From: Synechococcus sp.
Lineage (GTDB): Bacteria; Cyanobacteriota; Cyanobacteriia; Thermostichales; PCC-7336
NCBI GenBank assembly: GCA_051439605.1
Contig: JBFRWN010000043.1
Span: forward strand, 1-63,890
Reading direction: 5' to 3'
DNA length: 63,890 bases
The notes beneath the pieces were generated by a model. That model searched no databases, was not told where the DNA came from, and saw nothing but the letters and a program-made list of their open reading frames with translations. Positions 10,106 through 20,407 of the stretch are shown here, in pieces. Numbering within the stretch: position 1 is the first letter of the stretch; each line of letters starts with the position of its first letter. A program made the translations under genes and the position numbers.

Positions 10106-10651
10106 CTAGCTGCTGGGTTGCTCAATCTGGACATCTCGGGGGGCGCTGCTATCGCGCAAATAGACCTCAATATCCCACTGCCCCAACGAATTGGTCTCGT
10201 AGGCAATGATTCCACCATCCCCTGAAATGCTTGGATTGCGTACATCGCCTGGATTTCCTCGACTGATGTTTTCCAGACGACGGGTTTGGCGATCGTAGAG
10301 AAACACCTCAGATTTTCCCAGCCGGTTCGAGACAAACACAATAAATCGGCCATTTTCACTAACCGCTGGTTGAGTGGCAGAAAATTGCTCCGAGTTCAAG
10401 CCAGGCAGATTCTGGATGCGCCGTTCCTGCAAATCGTAGAGATAAACATTGTGAGAACCATCGCGGTTGGAGGAAAATACTAGATAGCGACCGTTAGCGC
10501 TCACATTGGGGTTATTTTCATCAAATATCGTTTTAACCCCCGAGAGTGCAGCTGAAGGGGCCAAAGGGCGCTCACCCCCACATCCCCACAACACCAACCC
10601 AAGAGTCGCCACAGACAGGAAGTGCCTCAGTCGAGCGGGAATGGATGGCAT
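10106..10651 (-). CDS. TolB-like (PD40 repeat) lipoprotein
   Basis: Lipobox LWGC; repeated P.vS.nGR.ivF.SnR. Confidence 0.85.
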   Translation of the reverse strand: MPSIPARLRHFLSVATLGLVLWGCGGERPLAPSAALSGVKTIFDENNPNVSANGRYLVFSSNRDGSHNVYLYDLQERRIQNLPGLNSEQFSATQPAVSENGRFIVFVSNRLGKSEVFLYDRQTRRLENISRGNPGDVRNPSISGDGGIIAYETNSLGQWDIEVYLRDSSAPRDVQIEQPSS

Positions 10652-10878
10652 GGTTGAGGCCTCATAAGTCTTGTTCTACCCCTCTAGCAACTTTAATTTA
10701 CGGGTGTCAACCGTGATTCGGAATTGCATCGATGCAGACTCAAGATTCACGGTCATGCACAGAGCACGATGCTCTCTAGCGAAATGGTAGCCCCTTACCC
10801 AATCTAAGGGTCTACCTCGGCACTGCAAGCAAGAGGACATTATGCTGGAAGAGCGAGACTGTTTAACGATTGAAGACT

Positions 10879-11157
10879 ATGCCGTTACCCCGCTGGGATA
10901 CTCCTCCCTCCCGCCGCGATCCCGCTTATCGTTTCCAGGACGATCGCTACACCTTGGGAGCCCATGCCATGGTGTACAGCACCCTAGTCACAGGGCTGTG
11001 GTTTTTCCAATTGCTGTATGGGGCAGACTGGCCCTGGCTGCAGCCTTTCGTAATCGGCTGGACGGCCCTATTAACGGTGAATGCACTTTGGGTGTTAATC
11101 CTGGCCCGCTACCCTGGCTACGACCCTAACCCAGAGGCAACAGACCCACAAGACTAA
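10879..11157 (+). CDS. Small cyanobacterial 2TM-domain protein
   Basis: PRW..PP.RRDPAYR followed by two hydrophobic segments. Confidence 0.7.
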   Translation: MPLPRWDTPPSRRDPAYRFQDDRYTLGAHAMVYSTLVTGLWFFQLLYGADWPWLQPFVIGWTALLTVNALWVLILARYPGYDPNPEATDPQD

Positions 11158-11233
11158 CTAACTGTTTGACCTCTAGTGAAAGAGCACCCTCCATCGATCG
11201 CAAAAAGAAGCATACAGAGGAAAGATAATCGTC

Positions 11234-11536
11234 ATGACTGCAACTTCCAGACAGATAGAAACCTTGGCAGCCAAGTTGGGGGAAGAGGTTTACATTGATA
11301 TCGCCAAGTGGCACCTTTATCTCTCAGATGCCAAGCTACACACGGTTGTCGCAGAGAAAATGATGCCACTTGTAGAAGAGGGTACAGTCACCGAAGAGTC
11401 GGTGACTGAAGCGCTCAAGCAGATTCCGGTCAAACTGGCGGGGGGCCGCACCGAACTGACCTTATTCGATCTGCTACCGATGCAAGGAATTATGACCTTA
11501 CTGGACGTAGTGGAAAAATACTCGGATGATGTCTAA
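11234..11536 (+). CDS. DUF3181 family protein
   Basis: VYIDIAKWHLYL.DAKL; V.LAGGR.ELTLFDLLP. Confidence 0.85.
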   Translation: MTATSRQIETLAAKLGEEVYIDIAKWHLYLSDAKLHTVVAEKMMPLVEEGTVTEESVTEALKQIPVKLAGGRTELTLFDLLPMQGIMTLLDVVEKYSDDV

Positions 11537-11668
11537 TAGCAACGCACCCGGTATAATGCGTGTTTATACTCATTATTGAACCACGATCGCTATCGTTTAG
11601 GTGACAAGCATTACTTAACAAATTTTAACATCGTGCTAGGATGCGACTAGCTTGTATTGTCTGGAAGA

Positions 11669-12424
11669 ATGACTGCGACATTGTTTGGCAGCTTACCCTT
11701 TTCACCTCAAAACGGCGATCGTCTTGTTAGCAAGGCGGTAACAGCTGCGATTGCAGCGCTGTTCGAACGCACAGAAACCCTCGATGCTCGGGTTCGAGCG
11801 GAGCCTGTGGCTAAGTTGCTGCAGGGAAGTGTCGATGGCTTTGACCTGATCGGTCAAGGCTTGCGCATGTATAACGGTCTCCGACTGGAGGTCATGGAAC
11901 TGTACCTGCAGTCAGTATCCATTGACTTTGGAGCAGTTTTCCGAGGGATGGTTAAACTCCAGCGCCCTACTCAAGCAACGATGCGGGTGGTGCTCACTCC
12001 CGAAGATTTGACCCAATCTTTCAACACCCCGTTTGCCATCGAGAAACTACAGCGGCTGACCTTTCTCGGACAAAAGCTAGACTTTCGCAACACCGACGTC
12101 CAGCTCACCGAAGAGCGTCAGTTCAAGCTCAAGACTGAGGTCAAACTAGGGGAAACCGGCGATTGGGTTCCCTTAGGCTGGACGGCTTCCCTTCAAGTTG
12201 AGGGGGGTACCAAAATGTACTTCAGCGATGTGGAATACAATGCCACTGGTATTGAATTGGAGCTCGCTAAGGAATTAGTACAACACGTTAATTCTCTGCT
12301 CGATCTAGAAAAATTCAAGTTGGACGGTACTCAACTCTCGGTCGATCGCCTCAGAGTCCAAAGCGACCGCATTGTGTTTTACGGCATTGCCCGCATCGCC
12401 CATTTCCCCAAGGGCAAGAAGTAG
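11669..12424 (+). CDS. DUF2993 / LmeA-like phospholipid-binding protein
   Basis: VRAEPVAKLLQGSVDGF..G.GL.MYNGLR pattern. Confidence 0.75.
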   Translation: MTATLFGSLPFSPQNGDRLVSKAVTAAIAALFERTETLDARVRAEPVAKLLQGSVDGFDLIGQGLRMYNGLRLEVMELYLQSVSIDFGAVFRGMVKLQRPTQATMRVVLTPEDLTQSFNTPFAIEKLQRLTFLGQKLDFRNTDVQLTEERQFKLKTEVKLGETGDWVPLGWTASLQVEGGTKMYFSDVEYNATGIELELAKELVQHVNSLLDLEKFKLDGTQLSVDRLRVQSDRIVFYGIARIAHFPKGKK

Positions 12425-12531
12425 TTCCAAAACTGGCAACCGCAGAGGTCCAGCACTGACAAAAGGTAAAAATTGCCCGTATACGTTTCGGGCAGGCCCA
12501 GATATGCATGTAATACTGATACGGCTGTTTC

Positions 12532-13602
12532 ATGGCCTATCGCTGCATGAGCCCCACATCAGAGCTTTCTGCCACCCTCGATCGCGCAACTTTGGATCGG
12601 AATGTTCTAGAAGGGGTTGCCTCCCTCGATTTAAAACTCCCCGACCCTGAAGATGGCCAGATGTCGGAAGCTGATTTTCTCAAGCAGGTGGATGCCGCCT
12701 GGCAGGTTTGCGATCGCTTCGACCTGCAGTCGGATATTTGGCGGGGGCGAATTTTGCGGGTAATTCGCGATCGCGAAAAGAAACACGGCGGCGGTCGCGG
12801 TCAAGGATTTTTGAACTGGCTAAAGGATCGCGAACTGGGGAAAAGCCAGGCCTACCGGTGGATCGAGCTTGCGGATAGCGCCGACCAACTGTTGGTGGAT
12901 GGCACCTTAGAACCGGAAAACATTGAACGATTCAGCAAGCGGGCCTTCGTGGAAACGGCACAGGCGGCCCCCGAAGTACAGCAAATGGTCAGCGAAGCAG
13001 CACAACGGGGCGATCGCATTACCCGTCGCGAGGTGCGGCAGCTGTCGGATGAATGGACAGCCATGACCTCTGAACTGCTGCCCACCGAGCTGCGCGCCAA
13101 AGCAGCTGAGAACGTTATTCCCACCCGGTACTTAGCACCATTAGTACGTGAAATGGAGAAGTTGCCGGAAGAGCACCAAGAAACCCTAAAAACAGAGGTT
13201 GCTCGCACCCCCGACATCGACACGTTAAAAGAGGCAACGGCTGCTGCCCGCTATCTCTCGAAATACATTGAATCTGCCGGACGGGTGCAGGCCCTGGCCA
13301 AGGCAGAGGTCAATCTGGAATCCGCGTTAGACGAATCGCTGCGGTTGGGCTGTCTGAACCAAACGGCAGAGTTAGTCAATCAGGCGGCTCAATTGGAACA
13401 GGCGATCGCAAAGGTGTATACCTCCTGGAAGCGACTGGGGAATTTAGCAGACAAGCTGGATGGTCGCAGCGGAGCCAGCACCCCTCACCTGCGAGCGTTG
13501 CTGGAACAGGTAGACAATTTAGCCAGCAGTCAAGTACAGATTCAGCTAGGTCTGAGCGATGCCGCCCGCAATATTCGCCTACAAATTGAGGAAGAGGATT
13601 AA
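12532..13602 (+). CDS. Conserved cyanobacterial hypothetical protein (start may be 12547)
   Basis: AWQVCDRFDLQSDIWRGRILR, FSKRAFVETA and SGASTPHLR conserved-looking blocks. Confidence 0.8.
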   Translation: MAYRCMSPTSELSATLDRATLDRNVLEGVASLDLKLPDPEDGQMSEADFLKQVDAAWQVCDRFDLQSDIWRGRILRVIRDREKKHGGGRGQGFLNWLKDRELGKSQAYRWIELADSADQLLVDGTLEPENIERFSKRAFVETAQAAPEVQQMVSEAAQRGDRITRREVRQLSDEWTAMTSELLPTELRAKAAENVIPTRYLAPLVREMEKLPEEHQETLKTEVARTPDIDTLKEATAAARYLSKYIESAGRVQALAKAEVNLESALDESLRLGCLNQTAELVNQAAQLEQAIAKVYTSWKRLGNLADKLDGRSGASTPHLRALLEQVDNLASSQVQIQLGLSDAARNIRLQIEEED

Positions 13603-13625
13603 CCTGACTCGATCTGGATTTTTGC

Positions 13626-14120
13626 CTACCAGCCCCAGGTAGCGAACCCTCCTTTAAACGGTCCCACAATGTCGCTAGTAATCCAGCCACCGTAAAAATC
13701 ACCTGCTTGCGCCTGAACTTGTTCGCCATCGACATAGCAAGCATCCATTTTGCTTGGATAAACGGCTATATAGTCTCTCAGTTCGGCAAATTCCGGAGTG
13801 GGATCGGGATAGCTCCAAGCAGCATCGGGGAGTACAGTGTCGCCAATTTTGATGGTGAAGTATGTCGCTTTTCCTTTCCATTCGCACCAAGTGCCCTTCT
13901 GAGCCACCTCTAAATATTCCATTTGGACATCTTCAGAAGGGATGTAATAGGTGGGAGGATGACTGGTTTCCAAAACCCGTTTAGCGCGGTGGGTATCGGC
14001 CAAGACTTCACCACCACACATGACGCGGATATGTTTCGAGCTGTCTTCCAGGCGCGGGGGGCGGGGATAGTCCCAAACGGATTCTTGACCGGGACCGGGT
14101 TCGATGCGCTGTACGGTCAT
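13626..14120 (-). CDS. DUF427 domain protein
   Basis: ESVWDYPRPP, VLETSHPPTYYIP, CEWKG.A, FYGGWIT. Confidence 0.92.
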   Translation of the reverse strand: MTVQRIEPGPGQESVWDYPRPPRLEDSSKHIRVMCGGEVLADTHRAKRVLETSHPPTYYIPSEDVQMEYLEVAQKGTWCEWKGKATYFTIKIGDTVLPDAAWSYPDPTPEFAELRDYIAVYPSKMDACYVDGEQVQAQAGDFYGGWITSDIVGPFKGGFATWGW

Positions 14121-14341
14121 AGTTTTAAAAAAAAGCTAGCTTCATCACTCTAACGAATCGGGAATGCTCCCACTCATCGATCGCATTGGGGATTAGAACA
14201 AGCGATTCCGATTCCCATGAAGTCAACCATCCCCACATGTATCAAAATAAATACTTTTATTGACCGAATTGTCATACCCAATCCTCGATTAGGTTTCGCC
14301 AGATACGATCGCCTTAGAGCATCAGTTTTGAGGCAACCGAT

Positions 14342-14560
14342 ATGGCTGGACTATTAAAGCGTCTGTTTGGACAGCAAAACACCCAAGAATTTTTCCTCAG
14401 CCCCGATGAGTCTAAGACACTCGGGGATATCGACTATATGCGAACATCCAAGACCATCCATCACACCTTTCCCAAGATAGATAACCCCGACGAAGGAAAA
14501 CTAGATTCCTTCGACGAAGTATCGTCGATGAGCCACATTCATTCCGATCGGACACACTAA
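14342..14560 (+). CDS. Small hypothetical protein
   Basis: FFL.PDESKTLGDIDYMR motif; GAGG upstream of the ATG. Confidence 0.6.
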   Translation: MAGLLKRLFGQQNTQEFFLSPDESKTLGDIDYMRTSKTIHHTFPKIDNPDEGKLDSFDEVSSMSHIHSDRTH

Positions 14561-14652
14561 TGAAATGGGCGATCTGCTCAGAATGAGCAAGCACACCTGC
14601 ATGAGGATCGCCACTTCTCTTGACCCTCACGGTCCGAGACAACCCAATCCGT

Positions 14653-15558
14653 TCAACGGTTAGCCTGCGATCGCAAACCTCCAGTCAGCATATCGTTGGC
14701 GATTGCCGTGCCCAGCAACACCAACCCACACCCCAACACCATCGCCAGCGTCACAGTCTCCTGCAACACTATCGCCCCCCACACCATCGCAAACACCGGA
14801 ATGAGATACGTGACCGTCAGTGCCTTGGTGGACCCCACCCTCTGAATCAACCGGAAATACAGCAGATAAGCAAACGCTGTCGAAAAAAGAGATAGCGCGA
14901 TCGCGTAAGCCACAATATTCCACGGAGGAACTTGTGCAGGAACCGTCAACGGTAAAACTGGCAGCAGTAACAGTGCCGCACTCAACTGACTTCCGGTGGT
15001 TACCACTAAGGGGGATACACCCGCCAGATATTGCTTAATAAAAGGGGCGGCGATTGCGTACATCATCGCTGCTCCCAAGCCAGCCACAACAGAGAGTCCA
15101 ATCGCAGGAGTCATGGCAATCCCTTGCCAACCCACCAATATCACCACCCCCACAAACCCCAGTCCCAACCCCACCAATTGCACCGGAGTCACCCTATCTC
15201 GCAGCCAAATTGCCGCCACTATCGTCCCAAACAAGGGTGCAGTTGCATTCAAAACCGATGTAAACCCTGCAGGCAAGGACACTGAGGCAAACGCATATAA
15301 GACAAATGGAAGCGCAGAATTAATTCCCCCCACCACCAATAGGGCACGGACATGCTTACGCAATTCAGACAACAGATTCCACCTGGCTAGCATCGGCAGT
15401 AACACCAATCCCGCCAGCAAGACTCGCATTTCAATCAACCACACGGGTCCCAACACCGGTGCCGCCATTCGCATCAATAAAAACGATGCCCCCCACAATG
15501 CCGCCAACAACAGCAGCTCCATCACATCGAAACCAGTCACAAACCCCCTGTCCTCCAT
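14653..15558 (-). CDS. DMT/EamA family transporter
   Basis: LAALWGASFL, about 10 TM segments, TVTYLIPVF. Confidence 0.92.
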   Translation of the reverse strand: MEDRGFVTGFDVMELLLLAALWGASFLLMRMAAPVLGPVWLIEMRVLLAGLVLLPMLARWNLLSELRKHVRALLVVGGINSALPFVLYAFASVSLPAGFTSVLNATAPLFGTIVAAIWLRDRVTPVQLVGLGLGFVGVVILVGWQGIAMTPAIGLSVVAGLGAAMMYAIAAPFIKQYLAGVSPLVVTTGSQLSAALLLLPVLPLTVPAQVPPWNIVAYAIALSLFSTAFAYLLYFRLIQRVGSTKALTVTYLIPVFAMVWGAIVLQETVTLAMVLGCGLVLLGTAIANDMLTGGLRSQANR

Positions 15559-15600
15559 CCTGAAACGCTCGAGTCCTAACCCCTAACCCCCAGAAAACAT

Positions 15601-16503
15601 CTATTGAGGCTGCGAGATATGACTGGCCTCCCACCCCAATAAAGCAGCCTTGCGCTCCAATCCCCAGCGATATCCCCCCAATTCCCCAGACGAGCGAATC
15701 ACTCGGTGGCAAGGAATGAGATATGCAACAGGATTGCGGCCAATTGCATTCCCCATCGCTCGGGCTGCTTTAGGGCGTCCCATCGCCTTTGCCAACCCTT
15801 GATAGGAAGCAACCCCTCCTAACGGCACCCGCAATAATGCCCGCCATACCTGAATTTGGAAATTCGTTCCTTTGACATGCACGATCGGTGGGGAACGACG
15901 ATCTCCAAACCCCTGAAAAATCCGATCGCAAATCTCCCCCGTCCGATCGCCATCGCCCACAATTTCAGCCTGCGGCCATTCCCGGCGCAGATATTCCTCA
16001 GCAAACCTATCATCTGCACCATTCAAGAAATGAAGATTGCAAATTCCTCGAGCAGTCGTAGCAATTAAACAGTCACCAAACGGCGTCTCGTGCAGGCCAT
16101 AACAAATCTTCAGCCCCGCTCCACCCGACTTAAATTCTCCAGGGGACATCGCCTCTAGACTGACAAATAGATCGTGCAACCGACCGGGGCTAGACAGCCC
16201 AGAATCCATCGTTAGCTCTAACAAACTGAGGGTTTCAGCCATTTTTTCTTTGGCATATTCCACCGTCAAAAATTGCAAAAACCGCTTGGGGCTAATTCCA
16301 GCCCACTGGGTAAATTGCCGCTGGAAATGATACTTGCTCAAGTGGACGTGACGGGCAATTGTCTCTAGATCGGGCCGCTCACCATAGTGTTGGCGCATAA
16401 AGGCGATCGCCTCAGCAATGCGTTCGTAGGTCCCTTGGTCATGAGGTCTGACAAGCTTGCTCGTACCGAGCCGTTCAGGGGTATCGTTCGGCAAGAGGGT
16501 CAT
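15601..16503 (-). CDS. Bifunctional AraC-type HTH / methylated-DNA-[protein]-cysteine S-methyltransferase (Ada/Ogt-like)
   Basis: HFQRQF..WAGISPKRF HTH; GTNFQIQVW; IPCHRV active site. Confidence 0.93.
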   Translation of the reverse strand: MTLLPNDTPERLGTSKLVRPHDQGTYERIAEAIAFMRQHYGERPDLETIARHVHLSKYHFQRQFTQWAGISPKRFLQFLTVEYAKEKMAETLSLLELTMDSGLSSPGRLHDLFVSLEAMSPGEFKSGGAGLKICYGLHETPFGDCLIATTARGICNLHFLNGADDRFAEEYLRREWPQAEIVGDGDRTGEICDRIFQGFGDRRSPPIVHVKGTNFQIQVWRALLRVPLGGVASYQGLAKAMGRPKAARAMGNAIGRNPVAYLIPCHRVIRSSGELGGYRWGLERKAALLGWEASHISQPQ

Positions 16504-16765
16504 CCATCAACCTATCCACAGGCATCGCATATGCCTTACCCTATCGAGGCCCTGTCTCCAAAACCACCCATTTCTTGCGCTCGATCGAGGTTTTCTCGTC
16601 ATTCAGTCGGGATCTAGCTTCTGGTCTAGCTCGATCTGGCAGTCTTTAGGGCAATCTTTGCATATGCGAGAAAGGCCGCTGAGAATCTTCCCCTTTCCCA
16701 AGTTCTTATCAATACACTAGAGTGACGAATCATTTAGCCCCTGCAGCCACAGGTTGCCAATGCCC

Positions 16766-18067
16766 ATGGAGTCTGTAGATTCCCCCAACGAGCAAAACTG
16801 TCTCGATCGGACTATTCCCTCGTCTGGCCACCCCCCTTCACCTCACTCCAATCGCCCGTCAGCTAGCGATTTCAACTCTGCTAGCCCATTCCTCACCACC
16901 GAATCGTTGCCTGCCGGGGAAGCACTTGCCCGCGATCGCCGCTGGATCCTAGCGACAGTCATGGCTACCTCCCTCGTGCTCACGAGCTTCGCAATCGGTA
17001 GCAGTTGGCTGGGCATCATCGGTGCTGTCACACTCTTTCTGCTGGCCTTACCCGTCATCATCGTCCCCCTTAGGCAAGCCTTCCTCTCATCCATCTTCGG
17101 CCAGCGCATTGAACTGGTCATCGCCACCCTACTGCTGCTGCTGGCTGTATTCGCCATCCTGGAATTCTCCGGCGTTCTCGGCTCTCTCAACCAATGGTCA
17201 GAATCCGTTAACTGGAGCGCCCTTAGCGCCGTTGGCCAAATCGCCATTGCATTAGTGGCGCTGTGGGTAGCTTGGCAACAGGTGCGTACCTCCGTCCAGC
17301 TCACCAGCCAACAAAACCTCATTACCCAACAACAAACCATCGACGCCTATTTCCAAGGAATTTCCGATTTAGTGCTCAACGAAGAGGGGCAGTTGGAGGA
17401 TTGGCCGCTGGAGCGGGCAATTGCCGCAGGGCGGACAGCCGCTATTCTGCGCGGTGCCGATCCGTTTGGCAAAGCCCGGGTTTTGCGTTTCCTGTCTGTC
17501 TCCAACCTCCTCAGTCCATTGCAGCGGGACAGCCACCTGGGTCGACCCATTCTGGATGGCAAAGGCTGGTATAAGCGCGATCGCCTCAAAGGCATTCGAG
17601 TGGTCAACCTAGGCACTATGCTATCGGGTACAGACCTGTCCAACACCGATTTGCGAGGCATCGACCTCAGCGACATTAACCTGAGCGATGTTGACCTCTC
17701 CGGTTGCGATTTGTCCTACGCCAACCTGATCTCCAGCAATCTCAATCGGGCCAAACTGCACCACGTGGATTTCGTCAAAACTCTCCTGTTTGTAGGATCC
17801 CCCGAGTCCGCCACCCCCTTTCGCCGAGACGACCCCAAGCGGGACTTCAAAACCGGCTACAACACGGGTGCCAATATCAAAGACGCTGATTTCAGCCAAG
17901 CCAGGCAACTCTCAGAAGAACAGCGATTGTACATTTGTGCTTGGGGGGGAGATAAAACCCGCGTCACCGTTCCTGGCGGTTGCCATCACATTCCCAACAA
18001 GCTAGAAGAATGGGAAGCTTCCAACAACGGCGATCGACAGCAGGATGACAAGCTAGAGTATCCATAA
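16766..18067 (+). CDS. Membrane-anchored pentapeptide-repeat protein
   Basis: N-terminal TM segments, TQQQTIDAYFQGIS, DWPLERAIA, DLxxx pentapeptide repeats. Confidence 0.85.
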   Translation: MESVDSPNEQNCLDRTIPSSGHPPSPHSNRPSASDFNSASPFLTTESLPAGEALARDRRWILATVMATSLVLTSFAIGSSWLGIIGAVTLFLLALPVIIVPLRQAFLSSIFGQRIELVIATLLLLLAVFAILEFSGVLGSLNQWSESVNWSALSAVGQIAIALVALWVAWQQVRTSVQLTSQQNLITQQQTIDAYFQGISDLVLNEEGQLEDWPLERAIAAGRTAAILRGADPFGKARVLRFLSVSNLLSPLQRDSHLGRPILDGKGWYKRDRLKGIRVVNLGTMLSGTDLSNTDLRGIDLSDINLSDVDLSGCDLSYANLISSNLNRAKLHHVDFVKTLLFVGSPESATPFRRDDPKRDFKTGYNTGANIKDADFSQARQLSEEQRLYICAWGGDKTRVTVPGGCHHIPNKLEEWEASNNGDRQQDDKLEYP

Positions 18068-18206
18068 TTGAACCTCGCTCAACGGAAACTCGTTGACATT
18101 TCATAGCATCTCCAAAATGGAGAAAAAGATTGGTGTAGGGTTGAGATACCGTCCCACTCATGTGGTTCGAGGACCCTGTAATCTTTACCTTTTCGAGGAC
18201 GTCACG

Positions 18207-18506
18207 ATGTCGTCAGTGGCCGATACCCCCATCAGTACAGACACCAGCTACAGTCGCCCTGAAGGCGGTCTATTTTGCTTGCTAGATCGCAACGGTCGGT
18301 TAGCCGTCAATGCCAACGGTCAAGCTTGCTGTTTTGATTCTGAGGAGTCAGCACAAGTGTTTTTGAGTCAAAACCCTGACCTTGCCGCCCAGATGGATGT
18401 ACAAGAAGTATTTGTCAAAGGTGAAGTGCATGGCTGGGAACAGGTTCCAGCGGAGCAAGTGGACGAACGAAGCCTAGAAAAAACATCCTCTGAAACTGAT
18501 TCCTAA
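18207..18506 (+). CDS. Hypothetical protein
   Basis: ATG with GAGG upstream; coding-like composition. Confidence 0.55.
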   Translation: MSSVADTPISTDTSYSRPEGGLFCLLDRNGRLAVNANGQACCFDSEESAQVFLSQNPDLAAQMDVQEVFVKGEVHGWEQVPAEQVDERSLEKTSSETDS

Positions 18507-18569
18507 ATCTCGTTGAACTTTGAAATCTCGTTGAACCATCTCCGTCCTCCATCGGGATGAGGGCTTTCG

Positions 18570-19727
18570 TCAGTTGCGGATTTGCACCGGCATCACAAGG
18601 TAGCGCAATCGCGCTGCCCCCAAAGGTTCCATGACAGCTGGTTGGGTTTGACCGTTCATTTGCAAGCGTACTTCCGAGGCATCAAATACCCGCAGTGCAT
18701 CCAGCAAATATTTCACGTTGAACGCAATCTCTATATCTTCTCCAGCAAACTGCACGTCCAGCGACTCCTGACCGCCTCCAACATCGGGAGCTTCTGCCTC
18801 AATGGACAACGTCTGTGACTCTGTCGACAGCTTGAATTTCAAAATATTGTTTTTCTGCTCGGCAAACACCGCCATACGCTCCAATGCAGACATCAGCTCG
18901 CGCCGATCTACCGTGAGCATTCGCTCGAACTGGTTGGGCATTAGCTGCCCGTAGTTGGGGTACTGACCATCTAGCAAACGACTGGTAATGGTGATATCTG
19001 GCAACGTGACCATCACCTGCGATCGATCGAACTGCAGGTTCAGTTGAGGGATAGCCTGACTGGACAAAACACTTTCTAATTCTTTTAACGTGCGTGCGGG
19101 AATTGTAAATTCTAAAGATGGAGGTGAACCTTCTACCGCCGCATTGGGTGTTGAATTCCCCTCTTCGTCCTCTCCCAGCACCTGAATCGTCGCTAAGCGG
19201 TGACCGTCTGTTGCCGCAAACTCTAAACCAGAGTCAATTGACTTGACGTGAACACCGGTTAGCACCTGCTTGGTCTCATCCCCCGAAGCCGCAAACAGCG
19301 TACTGCCAATCCCCCGCAGCAGGTCGTCGACAGAAAGTTCTACAATTTTGCCCTCAATCTCCGGTAATTCGGGGAAGTCCGCCGCATGTGCCCCACGGAT
19401 TTGGTATTCCCCCGACAAACAAGAAATGGTAGTCGGGGCATCGGCGTCTGGCTGGGTCAGGGTCAGTTCCGCATTGGGTAAACGAGAGACAATATCCTTC
19501 AACAGCCTTGCAGGAAGCGTCGTCCGCCCCCCTTCCTTCACATCCGCCTCAAACTGACTTCGAATCCCCAGATTCATATCTAGAGCAGTCAGTGCAAGGG
19601 TCCCAGTCGCTGGGTCTGCCTCCAGCAAGATGTTCGACAGAATCGGCACGTTCGGGCGACTGCTCACGGCTCGACTCACAAAGGCTATGTGCTGGTTGAG
19701 ATCGGCTTGCAAGCAGACCAATTGCAT
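18570..19727 (-). CDS. dnaN: DNA polymerase III beta clamp
   Basis: PILSNILL, AATDGHRL, SRLLDGQYPNY, IAFNVKYL, YLVMPVQ. Confidence 0.98.
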   Translation of the reverse strand: MQLVCLQADLNQHIAFVSRAVSSRPNVPILSNILLEADPATGTLALTALDMNLGIRSQFEADVKEGGRTTLPARLLKDIVSRLPNAELTLTQPDADAPTTISCLSGEYQIRGAHAADFPELPEIEGKIVELSVDDLLRGIGSTLFAASGDETKQVLTGVHVKSIDSGLEFAATDGHRLATIQVLGEDEEGNSTPNAAVEGSPPSLEFTIPARTLKELESVLSSQAIPQLNLQFDRSQVMVTLPDITITSRLLDGQYPNYGQLMPNQFERMLTVDRRELMSALERMAVFAEQKNNILKFKLSTESQTLSIEAEAPDVGGGQESLDVQFAGEDIEIAFNVKYLLDALRVFDASEVRLQMNGQTQPAVMEPLGAARLRYLVMPVQIRN

Positions 19728-19929
19728 AATGGCGGCAACCCCTAAAGCGAATGCAGAGTATGAAAATCGCTGTCCCTTGGGGCTGTATCCCACCTTCAGC
19801 CACCGAACAGCAAAGGCAACTCCGCTTGAGTCAGCGTCATCCTACCACTCACCCTTGGCTGAGTTTTTGATTTTGACTCTCCCAAACGATTTAGATTTTC
19901 TTGACTTACCTCACACCCTCTCTAACTCT

Positions 19930-20330
19930 TACTCTTCTTTTTAATTACATAAGAGAGTAGTAGTAGGGGCTGTGGATTCTGTGGATAATAATGGGGATCG
20001 CTGACTCCATAAGCCATAGAAGCCTTTTCTGCTTGTGGAAAACCTGTGGATAAATAGAGGGGTTTTTCCACAGGTAAAAATACCTGTTAGTAACTCCCCT
20101 TACTTTTCCACAAGTTTTCCACAGCTTTCAGGAGTTATTCACAGGTTTTGCACAAGGAGAATGCGATCGGACGATCGCATCTTTAGAAAACGATACACAC
20201 TAACAGCGTCTTTTGGCAGCCTTTTTCTAGCTGCTACCCTATATGTGGAATGTCTTAAGATTTTTTTTTCTAGCTTATACAGGATTGCGGTCAAAGTTTT
20301 CCACAGGTTTAACAAAGTTTTCCCCATTGA
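19930..20330. other. Chromosomal replication origin oriC
   Basis: Between dnaA and dnaN. DnaA boxes TGTGGATAA 19980, 20045; TGTGGAAAA 20034; TTTTCCACA 20064, 20104, 20115, 20297; degenerate boxes at 19971, 20135, 20146, 20318; TAG trios and an AT-rich stretch at 19930-19966. Confidence 0.93.
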
Positions 20331-20407
20331 CGAAGAACAGAGAGAAAATGCTGCTATGCGAGGTAGGGATACTGACTAACTGAGGAGGAAGGGGTTGAGT
20401 TTCTTGC

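Noticed and set aside
15575..15590. CCTAACC heptamer pair resembling cyanobacterial short tandem repeats
   Set aside because: Only two units.
18505..18536. 14-bp direct repeat AAATCTCGTTGAAC x2
   Set aside because: Short local duplication between convergent genes with no evidence of function.
20035..20379. ORFs within the dnaA-dnaN gap
   Set aside because: They translate DnaA-box repeats; the region is oriC.
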